Below are positions 18,605-28,063 of a DNA stretch of 52,802 nucleotides, piece by piece. The stretch spans positions 1-52,802 of the forward strand of contig CAYRKQ010000004.1 in the NCBI GenBank assembly GCA_964424985.1, in the 5' to 3' direction. A program made the translations under genes and the position numbers. This DNA is from an uncultured Candidatus Saccharibacteria bacterium (GTDB lineage: Bacteria; Patescibacteriota; Saccharimonadia; Saccharimonadales; UBA7683). Position 1 is the stretch's first letter. Each line of letters begins with the position of its first letter. Under the pieces are notes generated by a model. That model was not told the DNA's origin and did no database searches. It saw only the letters and a list, made by a program, of their open reading frames with translations.

Positions 18605-18797
18605 GGTGGATAAACACTGGTTGTACACAGGCTTTTAAAAGAGTGGCGGCCATCCACGACTTACCCGCAGGTTTACGACGCGCTTTTACCACCTTTACAC
18701 ACATGTCTTTAGCGCTTCTGTGCCAGGTAGAACGTCGCCTCTTTTCCACGCTATCCACAGTGCCTACTATTACTACTATGTATATAAATAATGAAAC
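18605..18797. promoter_or_regulatory. DnaA boxes plus AT-rich tract between dnaA and dnaN (candidate oriC part 2 / DUE)
   Basis: GGTGGATAA 18605-18613, TTTTCCACG 18742-18750, CTATCCACA 18751-18759, then AT-rich CTACTATTACTACTATGTATATAAATAATGAAAC (18765-18797). Confidence 0.6.
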
Positions 18798-18818
18798 CAA
18801 CTTGGGGGGCAGAAGGAG

Positions 18819-19922
18819 ATGAATATGAAAATTCAAATAACACAGCAGAACTTACAGCGGGCTTTAGCGGTGATGTCCCGGGTGGCAAGCACAAAAACCG
18901 AGTTGCCCATTTTAGCCAACGTCCTCATTGATGCCACCAAAGAGATGGTGTCACTTTCAGCCACTAACCTTGAAGTGGCGGTTATTCATAGAGCCAGCGC
19001 CAAGGTAACAAACCCCGGCAAGGTGGCGGTCCCCGCCCGGCTGTTTTACGAGTTTGTCTCGCAGCTGCCCAAAGATGAAACGGTATCACTGACGCTCGAA
19101 AAAAATAAACTCCTCATTGCGGCGGGCAACTATAGCTCTCACATTCAAGGCACCAACACCGAAGACTTTCCTGCTCTCCCCCAGGTTAGTAATGCGCAGC
19201 ATACCACTATTTCAAACCACACCCTGCAAGATGCAGTAACCAAGACAATTCTGGCCGCCTCGCATGATGAAACCAGGCCGATACTGGGCGGTGTCTATAT
19301 TCATTCGCACAGTAAAAAACTCTACTTTACGGCCACTGACGGCTATCGCTTAGCGGAAGCAGCAACCTCACCACTTTCATTTGATGTCGATTGTGTTGTG
19401 CCCTCACAGGCGCTACAAGAGGTGCTCAAAATGGTACAAGACACAAGCGAAGAAACCAGTGAGCTCTTTTTTGGCGACGGGCAGTTTGCCGTAAAAACTG
19501 AAGACACTCACCTTATTAGCCGACTGGTGGAAGGAGCCTACCCGGAATATCGCCGCCTGATTCCTGAAAAAAGCAGTATTTCTTTTGAAATCAACCGACA
19601 GGAGTTCCAAACAGCAGCCAAGCTGGCTGGTTTATTTGCCCGGGAAAGTGGTGGCAGCATTACTATTACCGCTAGTGAGGATGACAAAAAAGTTATGATC
19701 GCCTCTGTAGCCTCGCAAGTTGGTGATAACAGCTCCTCGGTTGACGCGGTGGTTTCTGGCAGTGGCGCCGTGGTAGTCAACGTTCGCTACCTCAGCGACG
19801 CCCTTAATTGCTTTGAAAGCGAAAAAATAACCTTCCGCTTCGGCGACTCAATCGCCCCCTGCGTCCTGAGCTCAAAACAACAACCAGACTACCAGCACAT
19901 AGTAATGCCCCTCAAAAGCTAG
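18819..19922 (+). CDS. dnaN: DNA polymerase III beta sliding clamp
   Basis: 367 aa. N-terminus MKIQITQQNLQRAL. AAGGAG Shine-Dalgarno upstream. Directly downstream of dnaA. Confidence 0.95.
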   Translation: MNMKIQITQQNLQRALAVMSRVASTKTELPILANVLIDATKEMVSLSATNLEVAVIHRASAKVTNPGKVAVPARLFYEFVSQLPKDETVSLTLEKNKLLIAAGNYSSHIQGTNTEDFPALPQVSNAQHTTISNHTLQDAVTKTILAASHDETRPILGGVYIHSHSKKLYFTATDGYRLAEAATSPLSFDVDCVVPSQALQEVLKMVQDTSEETSELFFGDGQFAVKTEDTHLISRLVEGAYPEYRRLIPEKSSISFEINRQEFQTAAKLAGLFARESGGSITITASEDDKKVMIASVASQVGDNSSSVDAVVSGSGAVVVNVRYLSDALNCFESEKITFRFGDSIAPCVLSSKQQPDYQHIVMPLKS

Positions 19923-19934
19923 CTACTACTATTT

Positions 19935-21458
19935 TTATGGGCCAGCTTTAAAGTAGAGTTTATAACTACTAATATCTAGTCCGGACTCTTTCAGCTGTTT
20001 GATAATCAACTCTTTTTTACGCACGTATTCACTATTGTCGTAGATAAAACTGCCGTTACCCTTGTCTGCATATGCTGAGTCGAGTAGAACCGCGAAGAAA
20101 ATAGACTTCGAAGAATAGTCGCTCGTAATAACTGGCAACTCCTTTATAGTATCGTTCATTAGATCAAGTGGGTCGGTGGGACTTTTACTAACTGAGCTCG
20201 CCGAAGAAAAGTAAGTGCTAAGTGTTGCCAAGCTAGAGCTGTGGGAGCCGGTAAAAAGCACGCCATCCTTAGTGTCGACTAATGAGTCGATTGCCAAGCC
20301 AGTTTCTCGCAGTAAATACGACATACTCCTGTGGGTGTCATAACGGTAAAGCATGTCTGATTGAGTGTAGTATAGGTTGTTACTAACCATAACTGCCAAA
20401 TCTGTGTTTGGGATCATCAGTTCTTTCTTGAGATTTTCAGCATTGAATAGAACGGTTTCTTTAGAGAAGTAATCATGAAAAACAAGTAGCTTGCCACTAC
20501 CCGACAAGCCTATGTTATCTCCATGACCCTCTCCAATTACCTGTGCTTCTTGTTTTCTTACAATCTTGTCATTAACGACATATGTTAGCCCGAAGGCCTT
20601 GCCCATTTGTTCGCCAAACTCATCTTTCTCTACAGTTGGTCGTTCATTGTATGTGACTATCGCTATTCCTTCGCCGAGTACACCTACTACATTTGATGAG
20701 TCGGCTAGATTCGAAGCGTCTTTGGCGAAGGAGTAATCAATAGGTTGCTTATTATAGTCTGAGAAGTAGTAAAGTTTCTTTGTTGCGTCATTTGTGATTA
20801 AAAATTCATTGCCATGCACTGATATTTTCCCAAAAGACGAACCTATGAATTTGCTAACTCGTGGCTCAATGATCGACACTCCCCTAAGGCTTATATACGC
20901 CAACTGTATATAATTATCGGCCTCCTCGCTGGTTCCTTCGTATGTGATAAAGCTCAAAATACCGTCTTTGTAAGGAACGGGTTCAGTCTGGATAGCGACA
21001 CTGGTCAGGTATGGCTGATTTTTAAATACGTCTCCAGCTTGTCGTTTAAATAATTTTCCACCAGAGCAGTAGATGTAGACATTGGTCACATCTCCAAATA
21101 GACAGGTTGCCTCAACTTGATTCGGGGCTACTTTTTCCACCACTTTTTGATTTTCAAAGCTAACATATAAACGCTCAACTCGTAGTGCCCGAACGCGTGG
21201 GTAGGCTGTTGTTTTCATCATACCCTTGGTTGCTCGGAGGCTGTAGTTACCTCGTCGAACAATATTTATGCCATTTCGTAATGCTTTTTCTTTGGCGCCG
21301 TTTTCTGTAGCCGTTAGTGTGAGCTGTTCTGGCGCCTGATCCGGCGCACCGCTAATAATAAGAAAAGAATAGTTGCTTGCCGCGTACAATGCTACTGCTA
21401 TCAAACACAGGAGTATGACAAGAAGCTTGTGGCCCTTAATGTAGTTAATATATTTCAT
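19935..21458 (-). CDS. Hypothetical membrane-anchored protein, last gene of the T4SS-like operon
   Basis: Single N-terminal TM helix (LLVILLCLIAVALYAA) and a beta-rich ectodomain of about 470 aa with no motif I recognise. TAATG overlap with the upstream gene if the start is 21458 (alternative 21470). Confidence 0.6.
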   Translation of the reverse strand: MKYINYIKGHKLLVILLCLIAVALYAASNYSFLIISGAPDQAPEQLTLTATENGAKEKALRNGINIVRRGNYSLRATKGMMKTTAYPRVRALRVERLYVSFENQKVVEKVAPNQVEATCLFGDVTNVYIYCSGGKLFKRQAGDVFKNQPYLTSVAIQTEPVPYKDGILSFITYEGTSEEADNYIQLAYISLRGVSIIEPRVSKFIGSSFGKISVHGNEFLITNDATKKLYYFSDYNKQPIDYSFAKDASNLADSSNVVGVLGEGIAIVTYNERPTVEKDEFGEQMGKAFGLTYVVNDKIVRKQEAQVIGEGHGDNIGLSGSGKLLVFHDYFSKETVLFNAENLKKELMIPNTDLAVMVSNNLYYTQSDMLYRYDTHRSMSYLLRETGLAIDSLVDTKDGVLFTGSHSSSLATLSTYFSSASSVSKSPTDPLDLMNDTIKELPVITSDYSSKSIFFAVLLDSAYADKGNGSFIYDNSEYVRKKELIIKQLKESGLDISSYKLYFKAGP

Positions 21459-23185
21459 TAGTTTGAACACCCCCTTGTTGGTAATGTTGAAAGGTTAATG
21501 TTTGTTTTGCCCTCCCCGAGCTGTCTAAATAAATCCTGAGGGCAGTGTTTTGTTCCATTAATGGAAATGCCAATGTGCAGATGGGGGCCGCTACTATTCC
21601 CCGTGTTGTCAGATGTGAAAATCTGTTGCCCAGCTTTCACTTGTTGTCCGTTTGTTATTTTTTCACTCCCGGGAATTCCATGACAGTAATTAAAGGTGAT
21701 GCCCCCCGGCATATCAACGGAAACGCCGGCACCACATGCGCCACCCGATTTTCTCGCAGTACCTGAGGTCATGCTATAGACTGGTGTACCGGTGGCAACT
21801 GGTATATCAGACGCTGGATAGTCGTGATGGGGCTTGGTGAACCAGTTAGGATTTTCGTTCCAGTATTTTACATCAACTGGCCAGGCAAGATCGCCAACCA
21901 TACTTCCCGAGCCCCCTCCGTTACAGGTCTCTGCGCTGGAAGCCTCTCCCTGCAACGACCCGTATTGATTAAGTGCTGATAATGCATACGCTGTTCTTTT
22001 GTCCAGGTGCTGAACATTCGTTAAAGGCGTCTTGCTTGTGCTACCTCCAATTACTGCAACTTCGTAGAAGCGACCCCAGTACCAAGTGGCGTGCTGATAA
22101 TCCTGCTGTTGCTTCAGGCCTTCGATATCGCCTCGCTGTTCCGCCTCGACAATACTAAACCGAAGTTGAGCATCGAGTGTAAGCGGGTCAAGCCCTTCGC
22201 CTTTTGCCCACTCCACAAGTCTTGGCCACCGATGGCTCTTGTCCCATTGAAAAATACCACGATAACCAGACGGACTGACAATTGTCGGGTCAATATTAGG
22301 GCCAGATTCTGCCATGGCGTTTCCGACCACTCCTGCTGCTTGGTGCGGAGCCAAACCGATATTTAATAGATGCTGAAACATTATTTTTGGGTTTTCACCA
22401 TCTATGGGAACGCTGGCAGTGGTGGTACAGGGGGCGCAGCCTGTGGAGTCCTGCGATGGCGAAGTGCCTGCCCGCCCGCCAGTAGTTCCTGATTTGATGC
22501 CACTTGCAACAACCGGCGCCAGTTTTGTGTAGTCTGGGTGCACTCCGTCCGAGCCGGGTACCACAGTGTTATTGATAACGGTTATGCCCGAGGCTTGAGA
22601 TAGGTGCGTGTTAAACTCCTCCCCTTTGGCATCCTCGTTTGCGTCAATCAGTGAGCCCTTCTGAAGATTTGTGTTAAGCCAAAATATTGGCGCACCTGTT
22701 TTTATATTTGAGACCATCTCCTTGATGCCTTCAGGATTGCCTTTCGCACTGTCCAGATTTGAACCAAGTACTACAAGCACATAATCGGCGTCAGTAAGAT
22801 CTTGAGGCAATGATTTTACAACTTCTATCCCTTTGCTCAATGTCCTGCCTTGAAGGACGTCTCCCTTTATAGACCAACCACTACTTTCGGGCAGCTCTGT
22901 TCGTAGTGTCCCCGGGTTTTTAATAAGACCCTCGCCAAGTGAATCACCAATCACAAATATATCCCCAGGGGCTAAAGGTGTTTGTACTGAGTTGGCAGCA
23001 GCTTTACACTGATCGATATCATAGTAATCAATTCCTAGGTTGAAAAGCCGTATTTGCTCGGGGCTCAGACCTTGGCCATAAACTGGTTGCATCTGTAAAA
23101 ATATATATGCCAGAGCCAGCACTACTAAAAGCATTGGGTTGAGTAGCTTTTTGATGGTGGTTAATTGAGTAAGTATAGTTCTCAT
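21458..23185 (-). CDS. Secreted three-domain cell-wall hydrolase: SGNH/GDSL esterase, lysozyme-like domain, M23 peptidase
   Basis: Signal peptide MRTILTQLTTIKKLLNPMLLVVLALAYIFLQ (start 23185 preferred). GDSL block IFVIGDSLGEG, GSNLD and DGVHPD (DxxH). Central AAGVVGNAMAESG...YRGIFQW resembles phage-tail/conjugative lysozymes. C-terminal M23 HxH motif GPHLHIGI. Confidence 0.75.
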   Translation of the reverse strand: MRTILTQLTTIKKLLNPMLLVVLALAYIFLQMQPVYGQGLSPEQIRLFNLGIDYYDIDQCKAAANSVQTPLAPGDIFVIGDSLGEGLIKNPGTLRTELPESSGWSIKGDVLQGRTLSKGIEVVKSLPQDLTDADYVLVVLGSNLDSAKGNPEGIKEMVSNIKTGAPIFWLNTNLQKGSLIDANEDAKGEEFNTHLSQASGITVINNTVVPGSDGVHPDYTKLAPVVASGIKSGTTGGRAGTSPSQDSTGCAPCTTTASVPIDGENPKIMFQHLLNIGLAPHQAAGVVGNAMAESGPNIDPTIVSPSGYRGIFQWDKSHRWPRLVEWAKGEGLDPLTLDAQLRFSIVEAEQRGDIEGLKQQQDYQHATWYWGRFYEVAVIGGSTSKTPLTNVQHLDKRTAYALSALNQYGSLQGEASSAETCNGGGSGSMVGDLAWPVDVKYWNENPNWFTKPHHDYPASDIPVATGTPVYSMTSGTARKSGGACGAGVSVDMPGGITFNYCHGIPGSEKITNGQQVKAGQQIFTSDNTGNSSGPHLHIGISINGTKHCPQDLFRQLGEGKTNINLSTLPTRGCSN

Positions 23186-23196
23186 TATAAATCCTA

Positions 23197-26154
23197 TTAC
23201 GGAGGCGTTGACACCTCTCGTGTGCCCCAGTGCCAATATTCTTTCCAAAGTTGACTAATACCATGTGTACTGGCATTATTGTTCATCCACGTCCATGTCC
23301 CAGATTCTGGAAGCTCACAGCGAGCTTTCTGAGTAGTTTTTTGTAAACATCTGCCACTCATTGCGGCGCTTCCGGTTCCAAGGCCATCAAAGTTGAAATC
23401 AATAGCGAAGCCCATTTGGTGATTAGACTTCCCGGGCTCGGCCACCAAGCCGTTATCTCTGCTTGATTGCGGAGCATCGTCATATAATCTTTTCTGCTGC
23501 TCCATTGTTCGGAAACTGCTGTCGAGGCCGTTGACTACAAGTGGGTGGCCTGCTGCACTTGCCGCCTCTGCTAACTCATAAAAGTTTTTAGAAACCGTTG
23601 AGTTGACTCTTACCTTAGCGCCTGCGGCTAAGCTTGAAATATTTGGGATAATACAGATTTTGATTTTTCTAGGCTTACCGTCAGCATATCCCAGGTAGGC
23701 GCCGTCTTCGGGTTTATAGTCTTTGTCTTCAACGGTTCTTGAATCGCAGGGTACATCATCGGTATCATCTTCGCTGTCGGCAGCGCCATCGGCTGTCGTG
23801 GCTGTAGCGGTAGGGGTGTCAAATCCAAGCAGTTGGCAGGAGTCGGCTTCGCCGTTGTAGCAATTCTCTGCTTCTAGAGTCATTACGTCCATAATGTAAA
23901 ATCGTACACGCGTCCAGTCCTCGCTCGTGTCATTACATCCGGCGGCTTCATCACGAGCCTTACTAAGATATCTTGTGCCTTGAGGAACCGGAGTTAAGCC
24001 GCCTTCATCATCGACTTCAAAGCCAAAGCAATCTCTAACTCTATCTTTATCTAACCCTATATCATTGATAACTTTATCTTCGTTTTCAAACGGGTTTTCA
24101 TACCGCTCATCATTAAGTTCAGCTTGGCTGAAGCCAACTTGCTTAACTTTATCACCGAAGACTTCCTTAAAGCTTGATGAGCCCTGCGCCTTGGCGGTTC
24201 CGGTGAGCGCACCAGCATACATTTGAGGGGTGCTCACTGTATTTGAAAATGCAAAAGAGGCCATGCCGCTTAGTGCGACCCTAGGGTCTCGCGTTGCGGG
24301 TAGCGACATTAGTGCCGTTGAGGTTATTGAATCTTGCTCTCTGGGGCTAAATAGCCGTGCCAGTAATGGCTTCTTTTTAAATTCCGCTAGCCGTTTATCT
24401 CGCAGGTAAGCTTGCTGCTTACTCTGTTCTTGGTCGGTGAGTTCCCTCCCGCCAAAAGTTAGGGCATGTTCGTTACCTCCTAGCAAAGAGCCCCACACTG
24501 TGTAGCTACCTAATACCGCCCCTGTAACATCGTCCTTAATCTGTGTTCCAGCCAGTGATGACACCATCCACTCCACAATACCACTACTTGCTATAACGGC
24601 ATTCTGTATCTCGCCTAACACAACCGCAGTTATACCGCCACTCAATAAATCAACAGTCCAGCCAACTGCCCTATTGGTTACAAACCCACACGCCTTACCG
24701 ATTAACTCTTCGCCGCCAATTTTTCTAAATATCTCTATAACAGGGTTGCCTGCATTTGTTGGGTGGGCTTCATTTGGAAGGCTGGGGCCAGTCGCTGGCT
24801 GGCCGTTAAGATATTGTACTTCTCTTGCTTGGTTCCAAGAGCGTTCACTCTTCTCGGCGCTTGCATCATAAAGATCTTGTGTGGCAAAGCCGATTTCGTC
24901 TATATCAACTTGCCCCGACTGTAGTTGCGTACCGAGTGACATATATCTTGCGCCTGTTCGTATCAGAGGTAACACCACATTGGCTGTACGCAACTCAGAT
25001 GCGGAGTCGACAATTTGATAAGCGGCACATACAAGACCGACTACGGCCACTCCTTTTGCCGCTTTGTTCACCCGGGACTTTATCTCGGGCTCACTATTTA
25101 CATCGATGGAATCTGTTTCAGGTATCTTGTTGCCATCGGGATCGACATTGCCCGAGTCCCCGGTTGAAGTAACCGATCCTGCTGGTTTTGCACCCTCTCG
25201 TATCGCTGCTCGTTTTTTTTCACGGTAAGTATCGTATTTTACTTTAGCATTTTGTGCCAAACGATGAGACTCTACGTTGGCAAAGTTCACACCAGCTTTT
25301 ATTTTTAGTACTCGCGCACCAAGCACGCCTGGCTTGACGTCAAGATTTTTCAGTCCGGTCTTCAGTTTCATGATGTTTGCTCGTGCTGTATTTGCGCGTC
25401 CACCAAAAGGGTCAATTTCTATATAACGTCTACCCCCAGTGTCGACCGTTCCGGCCTTGACTTCAAACTCCCCCCCGACGCCTGAGGCGCGGAATTTTCC
25501 TTCGTTGGCTGGATCAATCTCGATACGCACGAGTCTTCCCCGTTCAAACACAGGCTCCATACCCTGTGCTCCTAGCTTTGCTTCAAATTTCTTTACTGAC
25601 CTTCGGCTTAGCATTGACACCTTCCCAAGCCGACGCATTTCTCTTTGGTCGGGATACTTAAGATAGCGGTAGGCGCGACCTAAGCGGTCTTCTGAGCTGT
25701 TGTTCGTGCCGTCAAAACCGAAGCCACTCAAAAGTTTAGAAATCTGTAGTATTTGAAATGGCTGAATTGCCATAAATCCTGCAATAAGTAACCCAATGCC
25801 AACACCGGTAGCCACAGTTGCGCCCGAGGATACTTTATGGTTGCGTATGAAGCCGGTAAATTTTTGTCTTCTGCTCTTCTTTATGGTTGGATCGGTAGCT
25901 TCAGGAGATGGTTTATATAAAGACTCTCCAGCACTTTCAGAGATTGCGTTTTTCTCAGCTTTCGCTTCTTCACTTTCGGTGGGTGGAGGTTGTTTTTCAA
26001 GGTCGGGAAGCTCGTGGTCGCGAGCTATTGCATTGCCTCGGTCATCCAAGGCCTGCATATCCGGCTGGCCGACAATTGAATCAAAGGTATCGTGGTAATT
26101 CTCCTCGGAAGGATTCGGTACTTCTTGTTCGGGTTTGTCTGTTTTTGTGCTCAT
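23197..26154 (-). CDS. Large membrane protein with C-terminal VanY/M15-type carboxypeptidase-like domain
   Basis: 985 aa. Acidic disordered N-terminus and TM segments (VATGVGIGLLIAGFMAI, VAVVGLVCAAYQIV). C-terminal SFRTMEQQKRLYD...EPGKSNHQMGFAIDF matches the SxHxxGxAxD zinc-peptidase motif of VanY-like enzymes. Confidence 0.7.
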   Translation of the reverse strand: MSTKTDKPEQEVPNPSEENYHDTFDSIVGQPDMQALDDRGNAIARDHELPDLEKQPPPTESEEAKAEKNAISESAGESLYKPSPEATDPTIKKSRRQKFTGFIRNHKVSSGATVATGVGIGLLIAGFMAIQPFQILQISKLLSGFGFDGTNNSSEDRLGRAYRYLKYPDQREMRRLGKVSMLSRRSVKKFEAKLGAQGMEPVFERGRLVRIEIDPANEGKFRASGVGGEFEVKAGTVDTGGRRYIEIDPFGGRANTARANIMKLKTGLKNLDVKPGVLGARVLKIKAGVNFANVESHRLAQNAKVKYDTYREKKRAAIREGAKPAGSVTSTGDSGNVDPDGNKIPETDSIDVNSEPEIKSRVNKAAKGVAVVGLVCAAYQIVDSASELRTANVVLPLIRTGARYMSLGTQLQSGQVDIDEIGFATQDLYDASAEKSERSWNQAREVQYLNGQPATGPSLPNEAHPTNAGNPVIEIFRKIGGEELIGKACGFVTNRAVGWTVDLLSGGITAVVLGEIQNAVIASSGIVEWMVSSLAGTQIKDDVTGAVLGSYTVWGSLLGGNEHALTFGGRELTDQEQSKQQAYLRDKRLAEFKKKPLLARLFSPREQDSITSTALMSLPATRDPRVALSGMASFAFSNTVSTPQMYAGALTGTAKAQGSSSFKEVFGDKVKQVGFSQAELNDERYENPFENEDKVINDIGLDKDRVRDCFGFEVDDEGGLTPVPQGTRYLSKARDEAAGCNDTSEDWTRVRFYIMDVMTLEAENCYNGEADSCQLLGFDTPTATATTADGAADSEDDTDDVPCDSRTVEDKDYKPEDGAYLGYADGKPRKIKICIIPNISSLAAGAKVRVNSTVSKNFYELAEAASAAGHPLVVNGLDSSFRTMEQQKRLYDDAPQSSRDNGLVAEPGKSNHQMGFAIDFNFDGLGTGSAAMSGRCLQKTTQKARCELPESGTWTWMNNNASTHGISQLWKEYWHWGTREVSTPP

Positions 26155-26161
26155 GAGCTTG

Positions 26162-28063
26162 TTACTGTCCTAGTTGCGAAGGCGCCTCAGCTTGCGGAGG
26201 TTGTCCGCTTGCGTTGCCGCCGGCCATGACTTCGTAGGCCTGCTGGGCATTTAAGGCAATTTCTTGCATCTTTTTTATTTCTTCAGGGTTAGTGGTGATA
26301 AGGCTGGCTTCAGTGGGGCTTGGCACCACTTGAACATGAACATGATTTTGGCCTGCAAACAATAATCCTTGCCCTACCGGAAACTGGCTAAGACGCTTGC
26401 GTTCCTCGCTGGTGAGTTTAAACACTGCTGAAAGCACGTCGACGGCTGACGTCGACTGCTTTAGAAGAATCTGCATGGAAGAGTTGGAAACAATGGCCCG
26501 GCCAGTTTGGGAGCTCATCATATCTTCGACATCTTGGCTGATGGTGGTTAAGCCCAAGTTGTACTTACGGGCTCGTTTGGCTAAAGAGAACATAAAGTTG
26601 GCTGAATCTTGATATTTCAGCAGCTGCCAGGCTTCGTCAATAATCAGCATGCGGCGCTTCCTGTCTGACTTGGTTTTATTCCAGATGTGATTTAAGACAA
26701 TATACATAGCAACTGGTCGCAGCTCGTCTTCAAGATCACGAACGTTAAAGACCACCATTGAACCATTCACGTCAACATTTGACTGCTGGCTAAAGATGCC
26801 GGCAAATGTTCCCGTAGTGTATTTTCTCAGGCGCTGCGCCATGCTGGGTCCGGTTCCTTGCATGTGCAGGAGCGTTTCGTATAAATCCCCTATCACAGGC
26901 GGCGACGTTTGGTGTGTCAGAGGGTCTGAGGTGATGCCAGCTTTGGCGTAGGTGTCAATCAAGGCTTGGTCAAGATCGGCCTCTTCTACGGGGTTGAGTG
27001 CACCGCCCATCATAAGCCGTAGGAGCCCGTGAAGGGTAATAATATTGGCTCTCAAAGCGTCATTGGCCTCGTCTTTATCGACCACTTGAGGGAGATCAAA
27101 TGGGTTGATGCGGGTCGTTGAGCTCAGTGCCATGCGAACATACGAGCCGCCAACCGCTTCACATAACTTTTGGTACTCATTTTCTGGGTCAATAATAATA
27201 ACTTCGGTGCCCATCATCATGGAGCGTACGGCCTCGAGCTTCACCATGAACGATTTACCAGCACCAGACTTTGCAAAGACCACCATGTTGGCGTTTTCTA
27301 AACTAAAACGGTCGAAAATGACCAGGCCATTATTGTGCATGTTGATGCCATACAAAATACCTTTTTCATCCGTCAAATCGGCGCTGGTGAAGGGAAAGCT
27401 GGTAGAAATAGCACCGGTGTTCATGTTGCGGCGTACTTGCAGTTGGTCGGTAAACTGGGCAATGGTAGAGTTTAGCCCTTGTTCCATCTGGACAGTTGCC
27501 GGCTTTGAATACACCAGCTGTTGCCCCAAAATAGTTTCCACCTTATGCTGCACCACCTCGAGTTCTTCAATTGAGTTAGCGTAGAGCGTAAAGTACAGGC
27601 TAAAGCGGAAGAAGCGTTCTTCACCGACCTGAAGTTTGTCGCGAAGTTCTTCGGCGTCCATAATGGCTGCCTGTTTGCCTGGGTCACGAACGCGGCCTTT
27701 TTCGGCATCAATTTGCAAACCAGCCTCCAGTTGGCTCACTTTTTTACGCAAATTTTCCAACACCACCCGGCTCGCCACTGGGTAGATAAACATAGAAATA
27801 TCAATTTCTTCATCGATATTAATGACTGGTGAGAGCCAACCAGTGAAAATTTGCCGCGGGTAGCCGTAAACGTAAAACGAACGGGCGTATTTGGTTCCCA
27901 GACGAAAATGGCCAGATTCCAGCTCCAGCGAACTTGGTGCAATAAAGTCGCGCAGCTCCGAGATGCCCTTTTTAAAGGCGGCCTCAACCTCTTGCTGCTC
28001 GCGCATACGCTGCTGCGTAGCCAGATCCACCGTGTTACCCACCGGTTTTTGACCTCCCGCCAT
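26162..28063 (-). CDS. virB4: VirB4/TraE-like type IV secretion ATPase
   Basis: Walker A FAKSGAGKSF, Walker B RMLIIDEAWQLL. N-terminal YARSFYVYGYPRQIFTGWLSPV block typical of Gram-positive VirB4-like proteins. Confidence 0.85.
   Translation of the reverse strand: MAGGQKPVGNTVDLATQQRMREQQEVEAAFKKGISELRDFIAPSSLELESGHFRLGTKYARSFYVYGYPRQIFTGWLSPVINIDEEIDISMFIYPVASRVVLENLRKKVSQLEAGLQIDAEKGRVRDPGKQAAIMDAEELRDKLQVGEERFFRFSLYFTLYANSIEELEVVQHKVETILGQQLVYSKPATVQMEQGLNSTIAQFTDQLQVRRNMNTGAISTSFPFTSADLTDEKGILYGINMHNNGLVIFDRFSLENANMVVFAKSGAGKSFMVKLEAVRSMMMGTEVIIIDPENEYQKLCEAVGGSYVRMALSSTTRINPFDLPQVVDKDEANDALRANIITLHGLLRLMMGGALNPVEEADLDQALIDTYAKAGITSDPLTHQTSPPVIGDLYETLLHMQGTGPSMAQRLRKYTTGTFAGIFSQQSNVDVNGSMVVFNVRDLEDELRPVAMYIVLNHIWNKTKSDRKRRMLIIDEAWQLLKYQDSANFMFSLAKRARKYNLGLTTISQDVEDMMSSQTGRAIVSNSSMQILLKQSTSAVDVLSAVFKLTSEERKRLSQFPVGQGLLFAGQNHVHVQVVPSPTEASLITTNPEEIKKMQEIALNAQQAYEVMAGGNASGQPPQAEAPSQLGQ

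Noticed and set aside
18555-18836. 93-aa and 87-aa ORFs on both strands in the dnaA-dnaN intergenic region, and the 83-aa ORF at 16942-17193.
   Set aside because: They overlap DnaA-box clusters or rpmH, have no Shine-Dalgarno sequence or recognisable motif, and occupy the classical oriC position.
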